Positions 1 to 10,003 of a stretch of DNA of 64,000 nucleotides are shown one piece after another. Under the pieces are notes generated by a model that was not told the DNA's origin, searched no databases, and saw nothing but the letters and a program-made list of their open reading frames with translations. The stretch comes from an uncultured Gammaproteobacteria bacterium (GTDB taxonomy: Bacteria; Pseudomonadota; Gammaproteobacteria; Steroidobacterales; Rariloculaceae), in contig CAWDUG010000010.1 in the NCBI GenBank assembly GCA_963805435.1, forward strand, positions 111,176-175,175. Reading direction: 5' to 3'. Every line of letters begins with the position of its first letter. Position 1 is the first letter of the stretch. The translations under genes were made by a program, and so were the position numbers.

Positions 1-466
<466 letters not shown>

Positions 467-514
467 TCACTCGCGGATCGGCGACGTCATTATGCAAGCT
501 CGCCGCACGCCGGG

Positions 515-3500
515 CTAGGCTCGGATTTTTCGGACGTTCGAGCGTACGGGCAGCTCGGAGACCGGCTGCGGCACCGCGATGAAGAAGCCCTGCGCGAATG
601 CGACCCCGAGCTCGCCGAGCCGCTTCATCACGTCGCGACTCTCGACTCGCTCCGCGATCGCCTCGATTTTGAACGCTTTCGCCATGCGCGCGATCGATTC
701 GACCACGCACTCGTCGGCGCCGTCGCGCAGCACGTTGCGGACGAACTGCCCGTCGATCTTCACGTAGTCGACCGGCAGGTTCTTGAGATACGTCAGCGAC
801 GACAGGCCGGTGCCGAAGTCGTCGAGCGAGAACCGGCAGCCGCGGGCCTTCAGCGCACGCATGAACGTGACGACCTGGCCCAGGTTCGCGATTGCCGCGG
901 TCTCCGTGATCTCGAAGCACAGAGCGCCGGGCGGGATGCCCGCGGCCGTCAGCTCGTCGAGCACGAAATCGAGGAACCGAGCATCGTTCAGCGTCGTCCC
1001 GGACAGGTTGATCGCCAGCGTGTACGGCGGCGTACCGGGCTCGCCACGGAACGCGAGCGTCTCGAGCGTGTGGCTGATGACCCAGCGATCGAGCATCGGC
1101 ATCAGGTTGTAGCGTTCGGCCGCGGGAATGAACGCCGTCGGCACGACGAGCTGGCCGCGCTCGTCCCGCATGCGTAACAGCAGCTCATAGTGGGGCCACG
1201 TGTCGCTGCCGGGCCCGATCGGCACGATCGGCTGGTAGTAGAGCTCGAAGCGCTCCTCCTCGAGCGCGCGATTGATCCGCGCGACCCACTGCATCTCCTG
1301 ATGGCGCTCCGCGGCGTCGCCCTCTTCGTAGACGTGGATACGGTTGCGACCGAGATCCTTCGCCACGTAGCACGCGACGTCTGCGGCGCTCATGAGCGCT
1401 CCAACGCTCTCGCTCGACGCTTGCACCGGCACGATGCCGATGCTGACACCGACCTGTAGCGCGTTGTCGCGCCAGGCGAAGCGGAAGGCGGAGATCGCCT
1501 CGCGCAGACCTTCGGCGATCTGCCCGGCGACGGCCATCGTGCAATCCGGCAGCAGTACCGCGAACTCGTCGCCACCGAGGCGAGCGAGCGCGCCGCTCTT
1601 CGGCACGCGTTGGCGCAGCACGTCGGCGAGCTGGCGCAACAGCAGGTCGCCGGCGCCGTGGCCGCACGTGTCGTTCACGACCTTGAACTGGTCGAGGTCC
1701 ATGTATAGCAACGCCCCGCTCCGCCCGGGCTCGTTGTGCACCGTGGCGAGGCCCGTGCCGAGCCGCTCCTCGAATTCGCGGCGGTTGATGAAGCCCGTCA
1801 ACGCGTCGTGGCTCGCAAAGTAGGCGAGCTTGCGATGCAGCTGGCGTTCCTGGCTCACGTCGTGGAATACCATGACCGCACCGACGATCTGGCCGCCGCG
1901 ATCCTGAATCGGCGCCGCGGAATCCTGGATCGCGACGCTCGAGCCGTCGCGAGCCGCGATCACGACGTTGCCGGCGAGCGCCACGACACGCCCTTCGTGC
2001 AGGCAACGCAATACGGGGTTCTGCACGGACTCGCCGGTGATCTCGTCCGTGAGCTTGATCAGTGTCTCGATCGGTAGGCCGCGCGCCTCGCGACTGTCCC
2101 AGCCGGTCAGCTGCTCCGCAACCGGGTTCAAATAGTCCACGTTACCCTGCGCGTCAGTCGTGACCACGGCGTCACCGATCGACTGCAGCGTAACCTGCGC
2201 GCGCTCCTTCTCGTTGAACAGGGCGCGCTCGGCCGCCTTCCGCTGTGTGATATCCGTGATCGTGCCTTCGAAGTACAGCGCGCGACCTTCGGCATCGACC
2301 ACGAGCCGCGAATTCTCCATCACCACGATGGCGCGCCCACTGCGAGTCCGCAGACGATACTCGTAGTTGCGCACACGACCGTAAGACTTCAACTCGGCAA
2401 TCAGTCGCTCCCGCTCCTTCGAATCGACGAAGAGCTCCGCCATGTTGAGGCGGCCGAGCTCATGCGCGTCCTCGTAGCCGAGCATCTGCACGAGCGCCGG
2501 ATTCACGGACAGCAGCTCTCCATCGGGTTTGGCCTGATAGACGCCGTCGACGACATTGTCGAACAACGCGCGAAACCGCGCTTCGCTGTCGCGCAGCGCG
2601 GTTTCGTCCTGCTTGCGTCGGATTGCGATACCGGCGAGCTGCGTGAGGCGCGTGATCAGATCGATCTCTTCCGTATTGGGGCCGCGCGCCGAATCGAAGT
2701 AGATCGCGAGCGTGCCGTGAATGCGGTCACCGGCCGTGACGATCGGCGTGGAGCAGCAGGCGCGGATGCCGGCGCCTAGCAGTTCGCCGCCGAGCACGCC
2801 GCACAACGAATCGACCGCGACGTCACGAACGACAACCTGCCTGCCCAGCGACGCGGCCGCGCCGCAGGATCCATGTCGCAGGCCGACCACCATTTTCGCC
2901 AACAGATCGGTGATGCCCTTGGGTAACCCCGTCGCGGCCGCGAGCCTGAGCTCTGCGCCACGATCGTCGAGCAACTGGACCGCCGCGCCCACCGCCGGAT
3001 GCAGTTGTTCCACGAGCCGCACGACCGCCTGCAACGTGCGCTCGAGCGGCGCATTCGCGGCGATCAGCTCGAGCACGCGGCGTTCGCCGTATGCGAGCGT
3101 GTCGGCGCGCCGTCGCGCTGCAATGTCGATGATGCTCGCGCGGATCAGGCGGTGCTTCGACGACGGCAGCCGGATGAACCGCACCTCGCACGGAATGTCC
3201 TGACCTGCAGCGTCGCGATGCAACCATTCGAAGACGGGGCGGCCGCCTTTCAATGCGCGCTCGATGTAACCCCTGTTGAGGCCTGCCGAAAGCAGCCCAT
3301 CGCTCTGGAACTCGGGGCTCAGTGTCTCCGGGCCGACGCTCAGCAATTCGTCGCGCGGCAAACCGAACAGTCGAACGGCATTGTCGTTGATGTCCACGAA
3401 ACGGTTGCGGTCGACGTCGAGCACGACGATGGCTTCGGGCGCGTTCTCGACCAGCGCACGGTAGCGTGCTTCGCTCTCGCGCAGTGCCTGTTCGTCCTGA

Positions 3501-3970
3501 AGTCGCTCCGTAACGTCGCGCATGCACACGACGAAATAGCTGTCGCGGGCCAAACCGGCGCGGCTCACGCTGACCTCCACCGTGAGCGACTGACCGTCGT
3601 TGCGCCGCGCCTCGATCAACGCCGGCGTGACATCGACGAACGTATCGCCCACACGATCGGCGAGCGCCTCGAGCGCTGGACCCGCCGGTGCAAGCTGCGG
3701 AATGAACTCGCTCAGCGCGCGCCCGACGACGGCATCGATCGTCACGGCGAGCACGCGTGCCGCCGCGGCATTCGCCCCGAGCACGACGCCGTCGCGGCTT
3801 ACGGTAACGATGGGGTCTTTGACGTTGTCGAGAATCGCGGGCAAGGGGTCGGCCGCACCGGGGCGGCCCGGTCGCGACGCGTCGTCCCGCAGAACTCGTT
3901 GCAGTTCGTCGCGAACGGACGGGCCGGCCAGCGCTTCGGCAATCCTGCGTCTCAGGCGTTCCTTCGCCAT
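515..3970 (-). CDS. PAS/GAF sensor diguanylate cyclase-phosphodiesterase (GGDEF-EAL)
   Basis: Several PAS/PAC segments, a GAF-like region, DLDQFKVVNDTCGH...ARLGGDEF, YELLLR (EAL variant), EITET, DDFGTG and VKIDG. Confidence 0.93.
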   Translation of the reverse strand: MAKERLRRRIAEALAGPSVRDELQRVLRDDASRPGRPGAADPLPAILDNVKDPIVTVSRDGVVLGANAAAARVLAVTIDAVVGRALSEFIPQLAPAGPALEALADRVGDTFVDVTPALIEARRNDGQSLTVEVSVSRAGLARDSYFVVCMRDVTERLQDEQALRESEARYRALVENAPEAIVVLDVDRNRFVDINDNAVRLFGLPRDELLSVGPETLSPEFQSDGLLSAGLNRGYIERALKGGRPVFEWLHRDAAGQDIPCEVRFIRLPSSKHRLIRASIIDIAARRRADTLAYGERRVLELIAANAPLERTLQAVVRLVEQLHPAVGAAVQLLDDRGAELRLAAATGLPKGITDLLAKMVVGLRHGSCGAAASLGRQVVVRDVAVDSLCGVLGGELLGAGIRACCSTPIVTAGDRIHGTLAIYFDSARGPNTEEIDLITRLTQLAGIAIRRKQDETALRDSEARFRALFDNVVDGVYQAKPDGELLSVNPALVQMLGYEDAHELGRLNMAELFVDSKERERLIAELKSYGRVRNYEYRLRTRSGRAIVVMENSRLVVDAEGRALYFEGTITDITQRKAAERALFNEKERAQVTLQSIGDAVVTTDAQGNVDYLNPVAEQLTGWDSREARGLPIETLIKLTDEITGESVQNPVLRCLHEGRVVALAGNVVIAARDGSSVAIQDSAAPIQDRGGQIVGAVMVFHDVSQERQLHRKLAYFASHDALTGFINRREFEERLGTGLATVHNEPGRSGALLYMDLDQFKVVNDTCGHGAGDLLLRQLADVLRQRVPKSGALARLGGDEFAVLLPDCTMAVAGQIAEGLREAISAFRFAWRDNALQVGVSIGIVPVQASSESVGALMSAADVACYVAKDLGRNRIHVYEEGDAAERHQEMQWVARINRALEEERFELYYQPIVPIGPGSDTWPHYELLLRMRDERGQLVVPTAFIPAAERYNLMPMLDRWVISHTLETLAFRGEPGTPPYTLAINLSGTTLNDARFLDFVLDELTAAGIPPGALCFEITETAAIANLGQVVTFMRALKARGCRFSLDDFGTGLSSLTYLKNLPVDYVKIDGQFVRNVLRDGADECVVESIARMAKAFKIEAIAERVESRDVMKRLGELGVAFAQGFFIAVPQPVSELPVRSNVRKIRA

Positions 3971-4056
3971 TCTGATCCCGACGTGCCGCCACGACTCGCG
4001 AATGCAACGCCTAATATGGAACGCGCGGAGCCTGCCCGCCGTGACTCAACTCTCGT

Positions 4057-4433
4057 TTATCCGCCCGCCAGCCGTGGCGGGGTATCCGGGATGTGGATCA
4101 CCTCGGCGCGCACGCGCAACGAGACGTCGGTGTTCGACGGGACGTCGAACGAGTAGCGTCCGGCCGAGTCCGTCGCGGTGCTCGCGAGCACGGCGCACAC
4201 GACCTCTATGGTTCCTCCGCGGGCGGGCCGCTCGACCGTCTGTGAGTAATCGAGCGTCGGCCGGCGACCGCGGGCACCCGGTCGAAGGTCACGCCCCCCT
4301 GCAGCGTGACGGTCGCGGACGCCGGTGGCGGCGCGTTGAATGCGTTGCTGCTGCCTCCGTCCCCACCGCCGCAGCCGTGCAGCCCGACCGCCAGAGCGCC
4401 GAACCGCGTGCCCCGCCCGGAAACCGTGTTCAA
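4057..4433 (-). pseudogene. Fragment of a lipoprotein gene, frameshifted and truncated
   Basis: One frame gives a lipobox-like LHGC followed by GGGDGGSS and VTLQGGVTFDRVP. Another frame continues LDYSQTVERPARG...STATDSAGRYSFDVPSNTDVSLRVRAE (beta-sandwich-like) and then stops. Confidence 0.45.
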
Positions 4434-4655
4434 TACGCTCCCACCGCAACCGAGCCGCTATCGGCCGGGTGCGATCCTAACCCGGCACGCCCGTGACTCC
4501 ACCGCTGCCTGGTTCACGGCACTCTCTTGCGGGCGCAGTGCTCAGGCGCGGCCAGGGTGTGTCCGATCAGCGACACAAACTGCGACCAGGCTCCCGGTCC
4601 GCCGCATCGGAACTGCTAAACTCCTGCAATTCGGTTATGTCACTTTGGCTTCGGA

Positions 4656-5654
4656 ATGGGCGACAAGACTATTCTCGTGACCGGCGGCGCGGGCTACATC
4701 GGCTCTCACGTCGTTCGCCAGCTCGGCGAGGCCGGCGAACGAATCGTCGTGCTGGATGACTTGTCCACCGGCTTTCGTCAGGCGGTGCTGCACGGCGAGC
4801 TCGTCGTCGGCAACACGGGCGACGCCAAGGTACTGGAGCAGGTCTTCAGCCGCTTTGACGTGGATACCGTGATGCACTTCGCCGCCCACACGATCGTGCC
4901 CGAATCTGTCGCGGACCCGTTGAAGTACTACCGCAACAACACGTGCGCCAGCCGGACGCTGCTCGAGCATTCGTTGCGCGCCGGAGTGAGGCACGTGGTG
5001 TTCTCGTCGACCGCCGCCGTGTACGGCATCCCCGCGAGCGGCGAGGCGGATGAGGACACGCCGACTGCGCCGATCAACGCGTACGGCACATCGAAGCTCA
5101 TGACGGAGTGGATGCTGCGCGATGTCGCCGCCGTCAACCCGCTTCGCTACGTCGCGTTACGCTACTTCAACGTAGCGGGCTCCGATCCTGGTGGACGCAT
5201 CGGCCAGGCCACTCCGCAAGCCACGCTGCTGACGAAGGTGGCGTGCGAAGTCGTCGTCGGCAAACGCGACCACGTCTCGATCTTCGGTACCGACTACGCG
5301 ACTCCCGATGGAACGGGCGTGCGGGACTACATCCACGTGGAAGACCTGGCCGACGCACATTTGAAGGCGCTCGCATACTTGCGCGGCGGCGGGAAATCCA
5401 CGACATTGAACTGCGGCTACGGGCGCGGCTACAGCGTCCGCGACGTCATCAGAATGGTCGAAACCGTGGCCGGGCACGAGATCGCCAAGCGTGAAGGCCC
5501 ACGCCGCGCCGGCGACCCGCCCACGTTGGTCGCGCGCGCGGCCAGAATTCGCGAGCGGCTCGGCTGGCAACCTCGTCACGACGACCTAAGAACCATTGTT
5601 TCGACGGCACTCGCATGGGAAAAAAAGCTCGCCAGCAATCCCTGGCGCCCATGA
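4656..5654 (+). CDS. galE: UDP-glucose 4-epimerase
   Basis: [31 protein letters not shown] (YxxxK), LRYFNVAG, DYATPDGTGVRDYIHVEDLA. Confidence 0.95.
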   Translation: MGDKTILVTGGAGYIGSHVVRQLGEAGERIVVLDDLSTGFRQAVLHGELVVGNTGDAKVLEQVFSRFDVDTVMHFAAHTIVPESVADPLKYYRNNTCASRTLLEHSLRAGVRHVVFSSTAAVYGIPASGEADEDTPTAPINAYGTSKLMTEWMLRDVAAVNPLRYVALRYFNVAGSDPGGRIGQATPQATLLTKVACEVVVGKRDHVSIFGTDYATPDGTGVRDYIHVEDLADAHLKALAYLRGGGKSTTLNCGYGRGYSVRDVIRMVETVAGHEIAKREGPRRAGDPPTLVARAARIRERLGWQPRHDDLRTIVSTALAWEKKLASNPWRP

Positions 5655-5673
5655 CCGCATTCGGTGACGCCCG

Positions 5674-7149
5674 ATGAAGATGCGGCGTCCGCGAACCCTG
5701 CTGGGCATGGTGCTCGTGGGGCTCGCGTTCGTGACCGTGCCGCTGCTGATCGCAGTCGGCAACGCCTTAGTAAAGCTCGGCCAGCTCGCCGCCGAGAGCG
5801 AAGTAGTGTTGAGCGACAGCGCTACGGCAACGACCGAGAACCAACGGATATCGAACCTGTTGATGAACATGGAGCGCAACGCCCGCCAATACGTCGCCCT
5901 GAAGGACGTCGCCTCGGCGTCGAACCTGCTGCCGTTGTACGACGACGACCAGGCCGACTTCGAGGCGCGCCTCGCCGCATTGCGCTCGTTGCCGAAGAAC
6001 GCCGACATCGCGGCCGCGCTCGAGCAACTGGCTGCCCAGTCGAAAGACGTGCATCGGACGCTGCGCGGCGGCCCGAACGAAGACGCCCAGGACATCATCG
6101 TCGAGCGATTCCGCACGATGAGCGCCGCGGCCCGCGATATCTCCCAGGGCATGCGAGTCCTGATCGACGCTCGCCTGAGCACGCTCCAGGAGAACACCAG
6201 CACCGCGCAACGCTCGATCGCCTGGCAGTCCGCGGCGTTGATCCCCGGCACCGTGATCCTGATCGTACTGTTCCTATTGCTCGTCGGTCGCCCCATGCGC
6301 CAGGTCGACCGCGCGATCCGCGAGCTCGGCGAGGGCGACTACAGCCGGCCGATCGCCGTGACGGGCCCTCACGACATCGAGACGCTCGGGCGGCAGCTCG
6401 AGTGGCTGCGCCACCGTCTGAAAGAATCCGCGGACGAGAAGAACAAGTTCCTGCGCCACATGTCACACGAGCTGAAGACCCCGCTCGCGAACATCCGCGA
6501 AGGCACGGAGCTCTTGCTCGACGGCGCGGTCGGTCCACTGGACATTCAGCAGCAGGAGGTCACGGGAATCCTTCGCGACAACGGCGTCAAGCTGCAGAAA
6601 CTCATCGAGAACCTGCTGACCTTCAGCGCGTGGCAGACCCATACGGCGTCACTCGAGCTGACGGAGTTCGAGCTGAAACCCATGGTCTTCAGCGTGCTCG
6701 GCCAACATCGCCTCGTGCTGTCGAACAAGAAGATCAAGCTGCAGCTGAAAGTGAGCCCCATCGCGGTTCGCGCCGACGAGGGCAAGCTGCGGCTCGTGCT
6801 CGAGAACCTGCTGTCGAATGCAATCAAATTCACGCCCTCGGGCGGCACGATCGGCGTCGGCGCAGCCATGCAGGATAACGAGCTCGTCATCGACGTCGAC
6901 GACACCGGCCCCGGCGTGCATCCCGACGACGGCCACCGGATCTTCGAGGCGTTCTACCAGGGGCGACGCCCGCAGGACGGTCCCGTCGGCGGCACGGGCA
7001 TCGGCCTTTCGGTGGTCCTCGAGTGCGCGCAGGCGCATGGCGGGTCGGTCCAGATCCTGCGTGACCGGGATACCGGCGCGCACTTCCAGGTACGCCTGCC
7101 CTTGCGCCGCGCGGCGGACAAGCACCTCTTGGCGGTGGTCAATGGTTAA
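5674..7149 (+). CDS. glrK: HAMP sensor histidine kinase, GlrK/QseE-like
   Basis: Two TM segments, periplasmic MERNARQY motif, HAMP, FLRHMSHELKTPL H-box, NLLSNAIKF, DTGPG, GTGIGL. Followed by QseG-like and GlrR-like genes. Confidence 0.85.
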   Translation: MKMRRPRTLLGMVLVGLAFVTVPLLIAVGNALVKLGQLAAESEVVLSDSATATTENQRISNLLMNMERNARQYVALKDVASASNLLPLYDDDQADFEARLAALRSLPKNADIAAALEQLAAQSKDVHRTLRGGPNEDAQDIIVERFRTMSAAARDISQGMRVLIDARLSTLQENTSTAQRSIAWQSAALIPGTVILIVLFLLLVGRPMRQVDRAIRELGEGDYSRPIAVTGPHDIETLGRQLEWLRHRLKESADEKNKFLRHMSHELKTPLANIREGTELLLDGAVGPLDIQQQEVTGILRDNGVKLQKLIENLLTFSAWQTHTASLELTEFELKPMVFSVLGQHRLVLSNKKIKLQLKVSPIAVRADEGKLRLVLENLLSNAIKFTPSGGTIGVGAAMQDNELVIDVDDTGPGVHPDDGHRIFEAFYQGRRPQDGPVGGTGIGLSVVLECAQAHGGSVQILRDRDTGAHFQVRLPLRRAADKHLLAVVNG

Positions 7150-7768
7150 GCACACGGCACTGCTGCTGGTGCTCGCAGTCACGGGCTGCAGCGCATTCGG
7201 TGGCGGCTCGGGCTCGGGCCAGCCCGCAAAGCCCGTTGGCCAGGCACCGCCGACCGCCGCGCACTCCCTCGGCGGCGAAGGGATGGCCCTGTACCTGAGC
7301 ACTCTGCGTGACCTGCTCGAAGGCGACGCCGTGCTGAAGGCCGATGTGTTCCGCAACGTAGCGGCCGCCGCGGACGCGGCACCGACTACGACGAATCGCC
7401 TGAACCTCGCGCTCGCGCTCGCGACGCCCGGCCACCCGTCGAACAACCCGCTCGAAGCCCAACGGCTGCTGAACGAGCTGCTCGCGAAAGACAACGCATT
7501 GCTACCCGACGAGCGCGTCCTCGCGCTCGTCGAGCTGAAGGATGTGGAACAAAGGTTGATTCTCGATGCCGAAGCAGCCAGGCTCCAAAGAGCCGCACAG
7601 GCCGCTGCGACGCAGCGTAACGACCAGAACGCGCAACGACTGCAGACCGCTCTCGACGAGAACCGGCAGTTGCGCCAGCAACTCGACGAAGCCCGCGCCA
7701 AATTGGACGCGATAACGAACATTGAACGATCAATCCGGGAACGTGAAAGTGGCGCCAATCCAAAGTAA
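7142..7768 (+). CDS. QseG/YfhG-like alpha-helical lipoprotein
   Basis: ATG at 7142 overlaps the kinase stop. Lipobox LAVTGC and a C-terminal coiled coil ending KLDAITNIERSI, located between kinase and regulator as in qseEGF. Confidence 0.75.
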   Translation: MVKHTALLLVLAVTGCSAFGGGSGSGQPAKPVGQAPPTAAHSLGGEGMALYLSTLRDLLEGDAVLKADVFRNVAAAADAAPTTTNRLNLALALATPGHPSNNPLEAQRLLNELLAKDNALLPDERVLALVELKDVEQRLILDAEAARLQRAAQAAATQRNDQNAQRLQTALDENRQLRQQLDEARAKLDAITNIERSIRERESGANPK

Positions 7769-7772
7769 TCCG

Positions 7773-9116
7773 ATGCTCCAGGAACACACTCGCGGACGAA
7801 TTTTGTTGGTCGACGACGACCCCGGACTGCTGCGCCTGCTCAGCATCCGCCTGCGCGCCGAGCAGTACGAGGTTGAAGCTGTCGAGAGCGCTGCCGAGGC
7901 GCTGGCTGCGCTGTCGCGGTTCCGCCCCGACCTCGTCGTGACGGACCTGCGCATGGAGAACATGGATGGCATCGCGCTGCTGAAGGAGATTCAGCGCCAA
8001 CGCCCCGGCCTACGCGTATTGCTGCTCACTGCCCATGGCACGATCCCCGATGCCGTCGAAGCGACACAGAGCGGGGCGTTCGGCTTCCTCACGAAACCCG
8101 TAGACAAGCAGCAGCTGCTCGATTACGTCGAGCGCGCGATGAAGGTGTCGGGTGTGGCCAGGAACGAGAGCGCGTGGAGCGCCGAGATCATCACGCGCAG
8201 CCCGGCCATGGAAGCGTGCCTGGAACAGGCCCGCATGGTCGCCGGCACCGACACGCGTGTGTTGATCACGGGCGAATCGGGCACCGGCAAGGAACTCCTG
8301 GGCCGCGCGATCCATCGAGCGAGCGTGCGCAAGGACCAGGCATTCGTCGCGATCAATTGCAGCGCCATGGCCGAGAACCTGCTCGAATCCGAGCTCTTCG
8401 GCCACGAGAAAGGTTCGTTCACGGGCGCGCACCGCACGCACAAAGGCCTGTTTCAGGCCGCTCACGACGGCACGCTCCTGCTCGACGAGATCGGCGACAT
8501 GCCGATGCGCCTGCAGGTGAAGCTGCTGCGTGTGCTGCAGGAGGAGCAGGTTCGGCCGGTGGGCGCCACCGAAGCCGTGAGGATCAATACGCGCGTGATC
8601 TCGGCCACGCATCAGGACCTGAAGGAGCTGATGGTCAAGGGTGCGTTCCGCGAGGATCTGTACTACCGGTTGAACGTCGTCAATATTCATCTGCCGGCAC
8701 TGCGCGAGCGGCGCGAAGACATTCCGCTTCTGGTCGATCACTTCCTCGTGCAGATCGCCGCGGAATCGAGCCAGGAACGCAAGGTGTATGCGCCGGAGGC
8801 CGTCGAGCTACTGGTCGCGAGCCATTGGCCGGGCAACGTCCGCCAGCTCTACAACGTCGTACGCCAGAACGTCGCGCTGTCGCCGACACGCGTGATCTCG
8901 ACGGAGCAGGTACGCAGTGCACTCGGCGAGCAGGCGAACGCGCTGCCGTCGTTCTCCGAGGCACGCGACGAGTTCACGCGCAATTATCTGTCGCAGCTGC
9001 TACAGATCACGGGCGGCAACGTAAGCCAGGCCGCCCGGCTAGCCAAGCGTAATCGGACGGATTTCTACAAGCTGCTCGGGCGGCATCAGCTGAATCCGGA
9101 GCAGTTCAAGGGCTGA
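7773..9116 (+). CDS. glrR: Sigma-54-dependent response regulator GlrR/QseF
   Basis: REC domain ([22 protein letters not shown]), [23 protein letters not shown], and an HTH ending [21 protein letters not shown]. The ORF track starts at 7722. Confidence 0.88.
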   Translation: MLQEHTRGRILLVDDDPGLLRLLSIRLRAEQYEVEAVESAAEALAALSRFRPDLVVTDLRMENMDGIALLKEIQRQRPGLRVLLLTAHGTIPDAVEATQSGAFGFLTKPVDKQQLLDYVERAMKVSGVARNESAWSAEIITRSPAMEACLEQARMVAGTDTRVLITGESGTGKELLGRAIHRASVRKDQAFVAINCSAMAENLLESELFGHEKGSFTGAHRTHKGLFQAAHDGTLLLDEIGDMPMRLQVKLLRVLQEEQVRPVGATEAVRINTRVISATHQDLKELMVKGAFREDLYYRLNVVNIHLPALRERREDIPLLVDHFLVQIAAESSQERKVYAPEAVELLVASHWPGNVRQLYNVVRQNVALSPTRVISTEQVRSALGEQANALPSFSEARDEFTRNYLSQLLQITGGNVSQAARLAKRNRTDFYKLLGRHQLNPEQFKG

Positions 9117-9226
9117 GCCAAAGAGCGCAACGCGACGCGCCGGCGGAATCTCGCTTCTGGCCTTCGGCACGGTCTGCAGCGTTGTCCGCTGCGGGTGCCT
9201 AGAGCGATCAGCCTTCGTCTTCGGAG

Positions 9227-9754
9227 CTACGCGCGCGCCAAGCGCTTCCGGCCAAGCCATCCCGCCAGCAGTCCCGCGCCCAACAGAGAGAGCGTACCGG
9301 GCTCGGGAACCGACTTGACGTCGGCCACCAGCGCGCCTTGGGAGACGATGACCGAGGACCTGCCCTTGATAAAGCTCAGGGTGTAATCAAGGAGGCCCGA
9401 TGTGTTCAACGAACTGACTACGGATCCGCTCAGGAGGCCGCCGAACAGGGAGAAGCCGATTGGGTTCGAGATGCCGGACAGGAGTTCATCACCAGCGAGC
9501 AATGCAGACACCTTGTCGGAATGCCCATCGAAATCCAACAGCGTGAACCCGACAACCGCCCAGTTGACCGTTGCCGAGTCCGGCACGCCGTCGCTTGTCA
9601 GATCGAACGTGCCGCTGTAGGTCGGCGAATCAGCACTCAGCACCGCGTTGATGTTTTGAACACTGCTGATCAGAGTGGCCTGAACCGGAGCGCTCCACAA
9701 CAATTGAGCTGCGACCAGCGCGATCGCTGCGGAGGTGAGTTTCTGAATTCGCAT
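9227..9754 (-). CDS. PEP-CTERM sorting domain protein
   Basis: N-terminal signal peptide (...SAPVQA) and C-terminal VPEPGTLSLLGAGLLAGWLGRKR. Confidence 0.93.
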   Translation of the reverse strand: MRIQKLTSAAIALVAAQLLWSAPVQATLISSVQNINAVLSADSPTYSGTFDLTSDGVPDSATVNWAVVGFTLLDFDGHSDKVSALLAGDELLSGISNPIGFSLFGGLLSGSVVSSLNTSGLLDYTLSFIKGRSSVIVSQGALVADVKSVPEPGTLSLLGAGLLAGWLGRKRLARA

Positions 9755-9793
9755 TGCTGAGATTTCCTATCCTGGTTGCTGGCGTCTGAACAA

Positions 9794-9810
9794 AGCAATA
9801 CGCGTGCCAG
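9794..9810 (-). promoter_or_regulatory. Sigma-54 promoter of the PEP-CTERM gene
   Basis: Minus strand CTGGCACGCGTATTGCT is a perfect TGGCAC-N5-TTGC match, about 40 bp upstream of the start. Confidence 0.9.
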
Positions 9811-9895
9811 CTGGCCAGCATTCCCATTAACTTACTGTTTTACGACGATTTTCGGAAGAGCCACGTCCGCCGCCCAGCACCGCAAACGGCGGACG

Positions 9896-9912
9896 TGTAA
9901 AGCCATTCGACA
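9896..9912 (-). promoter_or_regulatory. Putative PrsR enhancer (PEP-CTERM box)
   Basis: 17-bp TGTAAAGCCATTCGACA (TGT-N11-ACA), about 86 bp upstream of the sigma-54 site and directly downstream of prsR. Confidence 0.7.
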
Positions 9913-10003
9913 CTGGTGTCTGAAGCGCGCGGTTGAAACACCGGTCCGTCGGGGTAAGGGCTTGAGGCCTGCCCGGCGCCGAGCAGCGACTCTAGAACCG
10001 GTC

